A program made the position numbers and the translations under genes. The notes under the pieces are model-generated. The model saw nothing but the letters and a program-made list of their open reading frames with translations. It was not told the origin of the DNA and made no database searches. A stretch of DNA of 64,000 nt from Parcubacteria bacterium C7867-008 (GTDB lineage Bacteria > Patescibacteriota > Minisyncoccia > Phycocordibacterales > Phycocordibacteraceae), in assembly GCA_001189215.1 (NCBI GenBank), contig LFCR01000006.1:133354-197353 (forward strand). The letters run 5' to 3'. Below, piece by piece: positions 10,614 through 20,478 of this stretch (position 1 is the first letter of the stretch; every line of letters starts with the position of its first letter).

Positions 10614-11153
10614 ATGAAGAAATTTACCGTTGGCATATTCCAGAACCGGGAGGATGCAGAAAAAGCTATAAACCGTGCGCACAACGAATTGAATATCCCC
10701 ACGAGTGATCTTTCATTCATCTACCGCAACAGTGATGGAGAAGTGAAAGAAGTTCCCGCTGGAGACATTGCAACCTCAACCCCTGTTGAAGGAGCAGGGC
10801 ACGGCGCAGCTATTGGCGGCACTATCGGTGCTATAGCTGGTCTCGCAACTATTGCAGGGGTGATTCCCGTAATTGGACCATTGTTTGCTGCAGGCCCTCT
10901 GGCCGTAGCGCTTGGCCTTACTGGCGCGGTTGGTACCACTGCAGCAGCTGCAGCAACGGGCGCTATTGCTGGTGGCCTTATCGGCGCACTCACCAATCTT
11001 GGCGTGGGAGAAGAGAATGCAAAACGCTATGCAGATCGTGTACAGTCTGGTGATGTACTTGTTGCTGCATATGCAGAAGAAGGAGTTGATGTACGCGCAC
11101 TCTTCACTGACGCTGGCGCAATAGAAACTGAAGGATACGCACTTAAAGTGTAA
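10614..11153 (+). CDS. general stress protein / glycine-zipper membrane protein
   Basis: GAAIGGTIGAIAG...IPVIGPLFAAGP...GGLIGALTNLGV pattern. Confidence 0.75.
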   Translation: MKKFTVGIFQNREDAEKAINRAHNELNIPTSDLSFIYRNSDGEVKEVPAGDIATSTPVEGAGHGAAIGGTIGAIAGLATIAGVIPVIGPLFAAGPLAVALGLTGAVGTTAAAAATGAIAGGLIGALTNLGVGEENAKRYADRVQSGDVLVAAYAEEGVDVRALFTDAGAIETEGYALKV

Positions 11154-11174
11154 CCACACTGAAAGAATGTGCGC

Positions 11175-11208
11175 TGAAAGACGTCTGTGTAATTACAGAC
11201 GTCTTTCA
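11175..11208. terminator. perfect 14-bp inverted repeat
   Basis: TGAAAGACGTCTGT-GTAATT-ACAGACGTCTTTCA. Confidence 0.6.
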
Positions 11209-11245
11209 CATTTGATTCATGACCCTTCCCATATTATATCGAGGT

Positions 11246-11377
11246 ATGATGTACCGAACCGCAAACAGACACAGTGTTCGCTTTATCACGCGACGCTTCG
11301 TTCGTAAGCTAAAGACGGCATTTACTGAGGTATTAGCAGACATTAGTGCCACTACACGGAGCACTTTTGCGTCCTAG
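11246..11377 (+). CDS. putative small basic protein (43 aa)
   Basis: MMYRTANRHSVRFITRRFVRKLKTAFTEVLADISATTRSTFAS fills the intergenic gap; below the ORF-track cutoff. Confidence 0.35.
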   Translation: MMYRTANRHSVRFITRRFVRKLKTAFTEVLADISATTRSTFAS

Positions 11378-11419
11378 CATCCACACATCAATAAAAGATG
11401 TGGGTGCTACCATATACGA

Positions 11420-12388
11420 ATGCATACTTGGGTGCGTCCAATTCTTTTCTCGATAGCGTTCGTTATCGTATGCGGTCTTATCTATGCGCGCGTCTTTGGC
11501 CCCACTGATTCATTTGCTAAACGCGAGGAGTTTTTGGTGCAACCCGAACACACCGTTGAACAGGTTGCTCAGGATCTTAAGGATCAGGGATACATACGTA
11601 GTACTATTGCGTTCCGTCTTGCACTCATAGGGAAGGTTACAGATCGTGGTATTCGTCCTGGCGGGTATGAGATATCTCAGAGCATGGATACTTGGACGCT
11701 TGCTACAACCCTTACACTTCCTCCATACCTACGTTTTGTTACCTTGCCGCAGGGTGCTCGCAAAGAGCAGATTGCAGACATTCTTGCAGAAGAACTCTTC
11801 TGGACCGATGAACAGAAGCAAGAGTGGATTAGTGTAGATACAGCAGCAAGCGGTACATTGGCTGAGGGTGTGTACTATCCAGACACGTATTTAATTCCTT
11901 CAGACCAACCACCTGCACAGATTGCAGCTCGGTTGCGTGGTAGGTTCACTAATGTGTTTGCTCCCTATGTGCAAGAAGCAAAAGATAAAGGATTGAAGTG
12001 GAGTGATGTTCTTACGCTTGCCTCTATTGTTGAGCGTGAATCTGCAAAGAATGATCGGCATCTTGTCGCAGGTATTCTTTGGAACCGAATCAATACTGGT
12101 ATGAAGCTTCAAGCCGATGCGACGCTGCAGTATGTGAAGGGGAGTAGCGGTAACTGGTGGCCAGTACCTAAGAGTGAAGATAAATATCTAGAGTCTCCTT
12201 TTAATACCTATAAGTATGTTGGGCTCCCACCGCATCCTATTGCGAATCCAAGTCCTGAATCAGTGGCTGCGGTACTAAATCCTGACATTACAGACTGCAT
12301 TTTCTATCTCCATGATGCGGATCACGTCATTCACTGCTCAGTTACGTACGCGGGCCAGAAGAAGAATGTGCAGAAGTATCTAAAATAG
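11420..12388 (+). CDS. mltG: endolytic transglycosylase MltG (YceG family)
   Basis: EGVYYPDTY, LASIVERE, LQADAT, SPFNTYKYVGLPPHPIANP motifs. Confidence 0.93.
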   Translation: MHTWVRPILFSIAFVIVCGLIYARVFGPTDSFAKREEFLVQPEHTVEQVAQDLKDQGYIRSTIAFRLALIGKVTDRGIRPGGYEISQSMDTWTLATTLTLPPYLRFVTLPQGARKEQIADILAEELFWTDEQKQEWISVDTAASGTLAEGVYYPDTYLIPSDQPPAQIAARLRGRFTNVFAPYVQEAKDKGLKWSDVLTLASIVERESAKNDRHLVAGILWNRINTGMKLQADATLQYVKGSSGNWWPVPKSEDKYLESPFNTYKYVGLPPHPIANPSPESVAAVLNPDITDCIFYLHDADHVIHCSVTYAGQKKNVQKYLK

Positions 12389-13045
12389 AGCGCTAATTGT
12401 TTTGGCTAATGTTGCTGAGACGATTGTTGTTACCGAACTATCAGTAAACAGAGCAACAGTGTCATCAAAGACTATAAGTGCAGAACCTAGGTTCTTCTTA
12501 TTTTGTATGTGTACAGATACACTGCGCTGTTTTGCATCTTCGAGACGAGAATCATCTGAATCAAATCGTCTAAGGAATTCAGTGGAAGGGAGAAGTAGAT
12601 AACATTCCTTTGAGCGAGGGTAGAGCGCAAGATCAAAGATTGCCTGCATGTTTTTAGCATCGGTGTATGTTGTCACCCCACTGGATTGCGCCGATGACGT
12701 AGTAACAGAAAGTTCCGTGATTAGTTTCTGAACCGACTGTTCCTTCTGTGTAAACGCATCTCTCTGACGATCAAGCCACCCAAGTAAGCGTGCAGGTGGC
12801 TCCATACGGAAGTGAATCTTACCGGTGCGCTGCTGTTCCGTTACCAGTCCTTTTTCAGTAAGGGTATGGAGTGCGTGATAGATAGTGGGGCGTTTAATGC
12901 CGGTTTCTTTGCATAACTCTTGAACCGTAACCGCATCATGCTCGATACCATACCTATATAGGTATGCTTCAGTCTCAGTTAGTCCAACCTGCTCCAACAG
13001 GTCTTGTACCTTTTGTGCTGATGTATCAGTACTATTACCACTCAT
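12380..13045 (-). CDS. TrmB-like HTH transcriptional regulator
   Basis: GLTETEAYLY...ELCKETGIKRPTIYHALHTLTEKGLV. Confidence 0.8.
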   Translation of the reverse strand: MSGNSTDTSAQKVQDLLEQVGLTETEAYLYRYGIEHDAVTVQELCKETGIKRPTIYHALHTLTEKGLVTEQQRTGKIHFRMEPPARLLGWLDRQRDAFTQKEQSVQKLITELSVTTSSAQSSGVTTYTDAKNMQAIFDLALYPRSKECYLLLPSTEFLRRFDSDDSRLEDAKQRSVSVHIQNKKNLGSALIVFDDTVALFTDSSVTTIVSATLAKTISALF

Positions 13046-13111
13046 AGGTGTTTTTATTATAACGTTACATTGACACCTCAGCTTTCGTGTAGGATCAGGT
13101 ATACTTTCTTC

Positions 13112-13864
13112 ATGAACAAGAATGGTAAAGAATCGATCATTTTCTACTTCCTTGGAATACTAGGGGTTGTGGCACTGTTCACCTCTTTGTATTTCACTCT
13201 CAATGCTGCAGATACCGAATCTGAAGAGTACAGCCCTAGAGTAATGCAGGATGAAAGTACGATTGCATCAAGTTCATCCAGAGAATGGATAGATCTCATG
13301 ATGCGAAGCTATCTTGAATATGATGAGGAATGCGATATTCGTACCGAGCAAATTAAATTAGCTGAAGGGACTCCAGACGCAACAGCGCTTTCGTTTGAAT
13401 ATGTGCATTGTCCAGATTACGCACTGGAGTTCAGAGATACAGGATTCCAAATTATTCCTGTTACTGGAGATGAGACATCGCATATAGATGCAGTGGGTAC
13501 TGAAGGTGAAGGACGTCCGGTTGCAGACTACTGGATTCTTGATCCTACACAGGATACAGAAACGTTCATTAAGTCTCTTATTGCAACTCTGCCCACACCT
13601 GAACTACGTACAGAGTGTTTTGTTGGATCTGTTTTTTCAGAAGACTCTCGTACTCAGATGTTTACGCGAGGTGAATTGATATATGGGGTCCATGTTAATC
13701 AGGCATACCGTGATAAGTACCAATATGAGGTGTATGCACCATGTGCTCCGTATGAGACAGCAAATAGTGTCAGTTACTTCAAGCGGGTAGGGAACATACT
13801 TCTCTTTATCCACGCTGGGCAAGATACTCCTCGCTTTGACGCCACCAGCTTCAGAAACTACTAG
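13112..13864 (+). CDS. hypothetical membrane-anchored protein
   Basis: Long ORF with N-terminal TM; no recognisable motif. Confidence 0.65.
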   Translation: MNKNGKESIIFYFLGILGVVALFTSLYFTLNAADTESEEYSPRVMQDESTIASSSSREWIDLMMRSYLEYDEECDIRTEQIKLAEGTPDATALSFEYVHCPDYALEFRDTGFQIIPVTGDETSHIDAVGTEGEGRPVADYWILDPTQDTETFIKSLIATLPTPELRTECFVGSVFSEDSRTQMFTRGELIYGVHVNQAYRDKYQYEVYAPCAPYETANSVSYFKRVGNILLFIHAGQDTPRFDATSFRNY

Positions 13865-13970
13865 ATTCTAGCAGGTACTTATTGACGCAAATGCCTTTTA
13901 AAGGTATTTTAGAGCTATCAGCCCTCCGGGCATTTTTATTTTAGGACCCAGCCATTTCACCTTATTTACT

Positions 13971-15761
13971 ATGGAAATTCGTAACATCGCTATCATCGCG
14001 CACGTGGACCACGGCAAGACGACCCTAACTGATGCACTCATGCGCCAGACCGGTGCCGTTGCTGATGGTGTCTCTATGGATTCCAACAAGCTTGAGCAGG
14101 AGCGTGGTATCACGATTTACTCCAAGAATACCTCAATTGAGTACAAGGGTACCAAGATCAACATCGTTGATACTCCAGGACACGCGGACTTCGGTTCTGA
14201 AGTAGAGCGTGTGCTTCGTTCTATCGACTCAGTGCTTCTCGTGGTGGACGCGCAGGAAGGTCCTATGCCTCAGACTCGTTTCGTACTTAAGAAGTCTCTT
14301 GAGCTTGGTATCAAGCCTATTGTGGTACTCAACAAGATTGATAAGCCTGCTGCAGACGCAGACCGCGCAGAGGAGCAGGTACTTGAACTCTTCCTTGAAC
14401 TTGGTGCTTCAGACGAACAGGCAGACTTCACCTCGGTGTATGCCATTGGTCGTGAAGGGGTAGCTATGAAGAAGTTGGATGATCCTCGTGTAGATCTAAC
14501 ACCGCTTCTCGATACCATCCTTGAACTCGTACCTCCTGCAACTACTCCAGAAGCACTCGCAAAGCCAGCAAAGCTTCAGGCATTCAACCTTGCGTACGAC
14601 AACTTCCTTGGTCGTCTTGCTATCTGCCGTGTGTACGAAGGCGTTATCAAAGCAAACGATAACGTAACCGTTAAGAAGCCAGACGGTACTACTCGAACCG
14701 GTAAGCTCACGAAGATCTTCACCTTCAAGGGTATTGAGCGTACAGACGCTCCAGAAGCACAGGCAGGAGATATTGTTATTGTTGCAGGTCTTCCAGATAT
14801 CTTCATTGGTGAAACTATCACCATGGATCCAAACACTGATCCGATGACTGCTATCGCTATCGATGAGCCAACCATCACGGTTAACTTCCTTGTTAACAAC
14901 TCACCATTCGCAGGACGCGAGGGTAAGTATGTGACGAGCCGTCAACTCCGTGAGTATCTTGAACGCGAGCTCGAAGTGAACGTTGGTCTTAAGATCGACT
15001 TCGTTTCTCCAGATTCATTCAAGGTATCTGGTCGTGGTGAACTCCACATCGCTATTCTCCTTGAGAACATGCGTCGTTCTGGCTATGAACTTCAGGTCTC
15101 CCAGCCGCAGGTAATTATCCGTGAGGAGAATGGTCACAAGATGGAGCCATTCGAAGAGGTTATTATCGACACTCCAAGTGCATACCAGGGAGCTATTATC
15201 GAGCGCCTCGGTACTCGAGCCTTTGTTATGCAGAATCTTGTTCAGCATGATGATTCGGTGCGTCTAACCTTCGAAGGTCCAACTCGTGGTCTTCTTGGAT
15301 ACCGCAACCAGTTCGTTATCGATACGAAAGGTGAGGGAATTCTTTCTTCTCGCGTTCTCGACTTCAAGCCATTCGCTGGTGATATTAAGAAGCGTCAGGT
15401 TGGCTCGATGATCTCTATGGCTACTGGTAAGGCACTCGGCTATGCACTCTGGGCTATGCAGGAGCGCGGTGTGCTTTACATCACGCCTGCTACAGAAGTG
15501 TATGAAGGTATGGTTGTTGGTAACACCAGTAAGGGAGAGGAAATGGTGGTTAACCCAACCAAGGGTAAGAACCTCACCAACGTCCGTTCTTCTGGTAACG
15601 ATGAAGCAATCACCCTCGTTCCTGCGTACGAACTTTCTATCGAGCGCGGTCTTGAAGTGATGGCTGAGGACGAATACCTTGAGATCACTCCTGAGAGCGT
15701 GCGCCTCCGAAAGCAGCACCTCACTGAAAGTGCTCGTGCTAAGAACAAGGGGAAAGGGTAA
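13971..15761 (+). CDS. typA: translational GTPase TypA/BipA
   Basis: [36 protein letters not shown] motifs. Confidence 0.97.
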   Translation: MEIRNIAIIAHVDHGKTTLTDALMRQTGAVADGVSMDSNKLEQERGITIYSKNTSIEYKGTKINIVDTPGHADFGSEVERVLRSIDSVLLVVDAQEGPMPQTRFVLKKSLELGIKPIVVLNKIDKPAADADRAEEQVLELFLELGASDEQADFTSVYAIGREGVAMKKLDDPRVDLTPLLDTILELVPPATTPEALAKPAKLQAFNLAYDNFLGRLAICRVYEGVIKANDNVTVKKPDGTTRTGKLTKIFTFKGIERTDAPEAQAGDIVIVAGLPDIFIGETITMDPNTDPMTAIAIDEPTITVNFLVNNSPFAGREGKYVTSRQLREYLERELEVNVGLKIDFVSPDSFKVSGRGELHIAILLENMRRSGYELQVSQPQVIIREENGHKMEPFEEVIIDTPSAYQGAIIERLGTRAFVMQNLVQHDDSVRLTFEGPTRGLLGYRNQFVIDTKGEGILSSRVLDFKPFAGDIKKRQVGSMISMATGKALGYALWAMQERGVLYITPATEVYEGMVVGNTSKGEEMVVNPTKGKNLTNVRSSGNDEAITLVPAYELSIERGLEVMAEDEYLEITPESVRLRKQHLTESARAKNKGKG

Positions 15762-15817
15762 TTGACTTTTCAAATATATAATGCATTCTATCTAAGAATG
15801 CACAACAGGAGGGGCTC

Positions 15818-16177
15818 ATGGCCTTTGATCACTGGAGACGAACAGTAGCGAATATGGCCGAACGGAGGGGAATTCCAAATCCCCTCCAAGAGGAACATCT
15901 CGGCATCCTTGATCTCAACTTCACTCGTGAAGACGGGTGGAGAGTGACTATCAAGGGAACCAAAATGAATCGTGGTGCGCGTCTCCTGTTCGAAGAGATG
16001 GCCACCAGCTTCGCGGGTGTTCGCGCCACCGGAATCATCTGCGACGAAGTTTTCGATCGCTTCATGCGGGAGTGTCTCGGAGATCTCTGGGATCACGAGG
16101 TTGGTATGGGTACGCACACGCTGCTCGATGCTGCCCATGAGGCTCGAGCGGTCGAGATCGTCTGGAAGCTTCGATAG
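15818..16177 (+). CDS. hypothetical protein, paralogous to the N-terminal extension of the downstream DapD fusion
   Basis: Strong SD (AGGAGGGG), TTGACT at 15762, hairpin at 16204-16232; visible alignment to the N-terminus of 16329. Confidence 0.7.
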   Translation: MAFDHWRRTVANMAERRGIPNPLQEEHLGILDLNFTREDGWRVTIKGTKMNRGARLLFEEMATSFAGVRATGIICDEVFDRFMRECLGDLWDHEVGMGTHTLLDAAHEARAVEIVWKLR

Positions 16178-16203
16178 GGTAACCAGAACAAATACAAATG
16201 CCC

Positions 16204-16232
16204 AAGGGCGCGGCACAAGTTGTCGCGCCTTT
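16204..16232 (+). terminator. intrinsic terminator
   Basis: AAGGGCGCGGCA-CAAGT-TGTCGCGCCTTT. Confidence 0.6.
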
Positions 16233-16328
16233 GTTAATTATTTACAAAACTTCGAATTAATGGTTTGATGCAACGGGGACCCCGTACGGGGTTCTGCTCA
16301 TTTCTTACGATCACTGAAAGGATCGCAA

Positions 16329-17468
16329 ATGGCCTATCAAGACAATCTCGCCGCTCTGGCCGCTGAACATGGTCTGATGCTGCCACTCACGGAGCGGGAC
16401 CTCGACATCTTCGGCATCCATTTCGAGGGTAGTAGCCCACTCTTCGGGACCTCGAAGAACCTCGGCAGCCGCCTTTTCCTTCAACAGATGGCCAAAGATA
16501 GTTCGTTCATCCCGATCCACAACGACGTCAGAACGCAGGCGGAGGCCTTCTTCGCCGAGCACTGGGAGGCAACGACGCGTGGCGAGGTTCATCCCATCAT
16601 CAATGGGTTCATGGAATCGCTTTGCGTTGCGCTGCTTCGCAAGTCCGATATGCAGGTTAGGATCAATGATGCCTGGGAACACCGAGACCAGGTCACGTAC
16701 GATAAGTATGCTGGCTCTGAGCTCGACAACGTGATCTCGGCAGCTGTCATGGGTCTCGACCTCGGCACGCTCCGTGTCGCTGAGAAGATCGATGGCGAGT
16801 GGGTCACCAATCAGTGGCTCAAGGAAGCGTGTCTGCTGTACTTTCGTTTGCACCAAAACGCCTTCGTCGACGGCGCTCCCGGCCTCAGCTGGGATAAGGT
16901 TCCCCTCAAGGGTGCAACCTGGTCTGAGTCAGATTGGGAGGACGCTGGTTTCCGGCTGGCTCCTGGCGCCATTGTTCGGCACGGCGCTTATATCGCCCCG
17001 AAGGGTGTCGTACTCATGGCTAACTCCTTCGTGAATATGGGGGCGTATGTCGATGAATATACGATGGTGGACACCGGCGCTCGTGTCGGTTCCTGTGCGC
17101 AGGTGGGCAAGAACTGTCACATTGGTGCCGGCTCCGGTATCGGTGGTGTGTTCGAGCCTCTACAAGCGCTCCCCACCATCATCGGCGACGACGTCTTCAT
17201 GGGCGCTATGTGTGAGGTGGCCGAAGGTGTCGTGGTCGGAGATGGGTGTGTGCTCGGTATGGGCACGCTCATCACCGCCTCCACCAAGATCTTCGATCGT
17301 GAGACGGGCAATATTACGAAGGGCGTCGTTCCACCGAATTCGGTAGTCGTGCCCGGCTCGCTCCCGGCTCCTGATGGGGGTCCAAGCACCCACTGCGCGA
17401 TAATCATCCGGCAGGCCGATCTTGAGACTCGCAAGAGGCTTGGAATCAACGAGCTCCTGCGCGACTAA
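16329..17468 (+). CDS. dapD: tetrahydrodipicolinate N-succinyltransferase (DapD) with ~107-aa N-terminal extra domain
   Basis: LRVAEKIDGEWVTNQWLK, DKVPLK, VGSCAQ, GGVFEPLQA and C-terminal INELLRD match proteobacterial DapD from residue 108 (ATG 16650). Confidence 0.88.
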   Translation: MAYQDNLAALAAEHGLMLPLTERDLDIFGIHFEGSSPLFGTSKNLGSRLFLQQMAKDSSFIPIHNDVRTQAEAFFAEHWEATTRGEVHPIINGFMESLCVALLRKSDMQVRINDAWEHRDQVTYDKYAGSELDNVISAAVMGLDLGTLRVAEKIDGEWVTNQWLKEACLLYFRLHQNAFVDGAPGLSWDKVPLKGATWSESDWEDAGFRLAPGAIVRHGAYIAPKGVVLMANSFVNMGAYVDEYTMVDTGARVGSCAQVGKNCHIGAGSGIGGVFEPLQALPTIIGDDVFMGAMCEVAEGVVVGDGCVLGMGTLITASTKIFDRETGNITKGVVPPNSVVVPGSLPAPDGGPSTHCAIIIRQADLETRKRLGINELLRD

Positions 17469-17494
17469 GCACACGGACAAAATACAAACAAACT

Positions 17495-17526
17495 GGGCGG
17501 CTCTTCGGGGCCGCCCTCATTCTTTC
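17495..17526 (+). terminator. intrinsic terminator
   Basis: GGGCGGCTC-TTCG-GGGCCGCCC followed by a T-rich tail. Confidence 0.65.
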
Positions 17527-17576
17527 TTCAGCATGTATCGTGCACTATGCGTGGATTACTCAATAATCGCGTAATC

Positions 17577-17726
17577 ATGCTTTATACCATTGCTGTCGTT
17601 TTGCTTGTCCTCTGGGCTATTGGTCTTCTAACCTCATATACAATTGGAGGATTCATACATCTTCTAATTGTGGCAGCGGTCGTACTTGTTCTCGTACGTA
17701 TCATCCAGGGAAGGAAAGTACTCTAA
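17577..17726 (+). CDS. lmo0937-family (DUF5670) small membrane protein
   Basis: MLYTIAVVLLVLWAIGLLTSYTIGGFIHLLIVAAVVLVLVRIIQGRKVL, read manually. Confidence 0.85.
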   Translation: MLYTIAVVLLVLWAIGLLTSYTIGGFIHLLIVAAVVLVLVRIIQGRKVL

Positions 17727-17782
17727 CTTGAGTAGTACATGCTGCATGACAACCGATCTCCATAGTGTTGTAAAATGAAGGC

Positions 17783-18364
17783 ATGAAAAAGATAGCCATA
17801 CTATTTGTGCTAGGAATTGCCGTGCTAATTCTTGGGTTCTTCGCACTCAATTCTTACATCCATAAAGACAAACAGGGAGACCAAAACGCTACCACCACTC
17901 CAACTCAAATCCTCAGTTTTGAAGATTGTGAGAAGGCAGGGTATCCTGTTATGGAAAGCTTCCCGAGACAGTGTCGTGTTCCTGATGGTCGTACCTATGC
18001 AGAAGAACTTCCAGTAGCTGCAACGTATCAGAATGCATCAGCAAATCTGATTGTGGTAGATACACCCGCACCAGGTTCTGTTACAGGGAAAGCCGTTACG
18101 GTAAAAGGAAAAGCACGGGGATACTGGTACTTCGAAGCGTCTTTTCCGGTAGAACTCCGTGATCCAACTGGAAAGGTGCTTGCGCAGACCGCAGCACAAG
18201 CAAGTAGAGACTGGATGACCGAGAACTTCGTTCCATTCTCCGTCACCCTTACTGCACCAACCTCATATATCGGACCCGCAACGCTCGTACTGATGAAAGA
18301 TAACCCTTCCGGACTTCCTGAACATGATGCATCGATCTCCATCCCGATAACCATTGAATATTAG
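17783..18364 (+). CDS. membrane-anchored protein with Gmad2-like Ig domain
   Basis: N-terminal TM; SFEDC..AGYPVMESFPRQC; GKARGYWYFEASFPV...KDNPSG. Confidence 0.8.
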   Translation: MKKIAILFVLGIAVLILGFFALNSYIHKDKQGDQNATTTPTQILSFEDCEKAGYPVMESFPRQCRVPDGRTYAEELPVAATYQNASANLIVVDTPAPGSVTGKAVTVKGKARGYWYFEASFPVELRDPTGKVLAQTAAQASRDWMTENFVPFSVTLTAPTSYIGPATLVLMKDNPSGLPEHDASISIPITIEY

Positions 18365-18437
18365 CCACAAAGAGCGCATCCTTGCGCTCTTTGTGTATAT
18401 CTGGCATACTATCTTCACAACCGTTTTCTAGTTTATT

Positions 18438-18562
18438 CGTCTTGAGAGGGTATATAAGCCACTGCTTAAGACCGGGTTCAATTGGTTTCTAAGGAACGAC
18501 CCCGAAACTCTCGAGACGCTTGTTTTACTTCTCCGGCTCCATGCATAGGCGTTCCAGCCGGG
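18438..18562 (+). promoter_or_regulatory. structured 5' leader of the DEAD-box helicase gene
   Basis: 11-bp stem 18438-18448/18508-18518 with internal hairpin; second stem CCGGCT/AGCCGG. Confidence 0.45.
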
Positions 18563-18581
18563 ACCCAAAACAAAACAATAA

Positions 18582-19907
18582 ATGACCACTGTATATATGC
18601 GGCGCAATGACGGCCGCCGTAACCCGTTCGACCGCGATGCGAGTCGTTCATCGGGCCGTCCTACTCGTAATGGAGCTCGTTCTGCGGGTTCTTCAAATCG
18701 CTCTTCTGGCGCGCGTCCTTCGCGTGGCGGAGATCGCTTTTCTTCAAACCGTTCCTCAGGTAGTCGTCCTTCTCGTGGAGGCCGCAACTTCCAGGAAATG
18801 GCGGTAGATCTATCAAAGCTTGTTAACAAGGCAGTTGTTGGATTCGTTGCTGAGGTATACGTACCAAAGCATCAGTTCATAGATTTCCCTGTGGATGACA
18901 AGCTTAAGGCGAACATTATCTCAAAGGGATACGTCACCCCAACTCCTATTCAGGATCAGTCGATCCCGGTAGTACTAGAAGGTAAAGATATCGTTGGTAT
19001 TGCAAACACCGGTACTGGAAAGACGGCATCATTCCTCATTCCACTTATCGACAAGGTGCTTAAGATGCGTGCTGCTGGTGTTGAAGAACGTGTACTCATT
19101 ATGGTTCCAACCCGTGAGCTCGCTATTCAGATTGAGCAGGAATTCTACGGATTCGCTCGTCAGCTTGGTATTAACTCTGTCGTTGTAGTAGGTGGTGCTG
19201 GTATGGAGCCACAGGTTCGTGGACTTCGTCGCAAGCCTAACTTCGTTATCGGAACTCCAGGACGTCTTAAGGATCTTATGGAGCGCCGTGAACTGGACCT
19301 TTCTAAGTTCCAGACTGTGGTACTTGATGAGGCAGATCGCATGCTAGACATGGGATTCATCCAGGACATGCGTCACATCATGAGCTTCATGATGGATGAT
19401 CGTCACACACTCTTCTTCTCAGCAACGCTTTCACGCGATATCGAGAAGTTGATTGGTGAATTCCTTCATGAGCCTGTCCGTATTTCTGTTAAGACTCGTG
19501 ATACTGCCGCTACCGTTGATCAGGACGTGATTCGCGTACCTGCCAGCGAGAAGCTCAGTACTCTTATCGAAATGCTTAAGCAGCCTGAGTTCGACAAAGT
19601 TCTTGTCTTCGGACGCACCAAGCACGGTGTTGAACGTCTTGCTCGTGATCTCAATGCTGCAGGTATCAAGTCTGATTCAATCCATGGAGATAAAACCCAT
19701 GGCAAGCGCCAGAAGGCACTTGGCCTCTTCAAGCAGAGTCATGTAACAGCCCTTGTTGCTACTGACGTTGCCGCTCGCGGTCTCGACATCAGTGGCGTAT
19801 CGCACGTGATCAACTATGATCTTCCTGCGACGTACGAAGACTACACTCACCGTATTGGCCGAACAGGTCGTGCTGGTAAGACAGGTAAGGCGCTTACGTT
19901 CATTTAA
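18582..19907 (+). CDS. DEAD-box RNA helicase with Arg/Ser/Gly-rich N-terminus
   Basis: ANTGTGKT, PTRELA, DEAD, SAT, HRIGRTGRAG motifs. Confidence 0.96.
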   Translation: MTTVYMRRNDGRRNPFDRDASRSSGRPTRNGARSAGSSNRSSGARPSRGGDRFSSNRSSGSRPSRGGRNFQEMAVDLSKLVNKAVVGFVAEVYVPKHQFIDFPVDDKLKANIISKGYVTPTPIQDQSIPVVLEGKDIVGIANTGTGKTASFLIPLIDKVLKMRAAGVEERVLIMVPTRELAIQIEQEFYGFARQLGINSVVVVGGAGMEPQVRGLRRKPNFVIGTPGRLKDLMERRELDLSKFQTVVLDEADRMLDMGFIQDMRHIMSFMMDDRHTLFFSATLSRDIEKLIGEFLHEPVRISVKTRDTAATVDQDVIRVPASEKLSTLIEMLKQPEFDKVLVFGRTKHGVERLARDLNAAGIKSDSIHGDKTHGKRQKALGLFKQSHVTALVATDVAARGLDISGVSHVINYDLPATYEDYTHRIGRTGRAGKTGKALTFI

Positions 19908-19922
19908 TTGAACCAGTAATAC

Positions 19923-19951
19923 AAAAGGGCCGGCTGCGAAGCCGGCCCTTT
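19923..19951. terminator. bidirectional intrinsic terminator
   Basis: AAAAGGGCCGGCT-GCGA-AGCCGGCCCTTT between convergent genes. Confidence 0.75.
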
Positions 19952-19974
19952 GCCGTATAGGGTGTGCGAGCGAG

Positions 19975-20304
19975 CTACGCTGCCGCAGCCACCGGTTCTT
20001 CCAGGCTTGCCCGGATGAACGAGATAATTTCGCCACACATGAAGGCTTTTGGTGGCGGGGCAACACCGGCGACCAAGCGAGCGAAATGTTCCGAGGTGAA
20101 ACCGAACCGTTCAAGAAAACTCTCAGTGGTCATACCACAGAGAAGCGCGAGCCGGAAATACCAGGCCAATGTGGCCCCATCGATCTCAGTACTGCCAATG
20201 TTCGATGCTTGAAGTGCGGTCTTGAAGAAATGAGTAGCCTGCTGTCCAATGGCCACAACTGCCTTGATGCTGGTGGCGGTATCGAGATGTTCAACGTCCG
20301 ACAT
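19975..20304 (-). CDS. hypothetical protein, possible degenerate XRE-type HTH
   Basis: GMTTESFLERFGFTSEHFARLVAGVAPP resembles an XRE HTH; SD GAAAGGG; upstream TCGACA...TACTTT. Confidence 0.6.
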   Translation of the reverse strand: MSDVEHLDTATSIKAVVAIGQQATHFFKTALQASNIGSTEIDGATLAWYFRLALLCGMTTESFLERFGFTSEHFARLVAGVAPPPKAFMCGEIISFIRASLEEPVAAAA

Positions 20305-20420
20305 CACAAAATCCCTTTCCATTCAGTTCAGAACTAATGTGAGTCCCACTATTCAAAGTACGCTTGTTATTAAAAATGTCGAGATAAGTGATGGTACTAG
20401 TGGAAAACCTATATAAAAGC

Positions 20421-20448
20421 AATCGGCCACACACGCGGTGTGGCCGAT
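20421..20448 (-). terminator. intrinsic terminator hairpin
   Basis: ATCGGCCACAC-ACGCG-GTGTGGCCGAT with an A-run on the + strand upstream. Confidence 0.65.
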
Positions 20449-20478
20449 CATTGAAGGGGGTTGGGGACCCGAAGTGGT

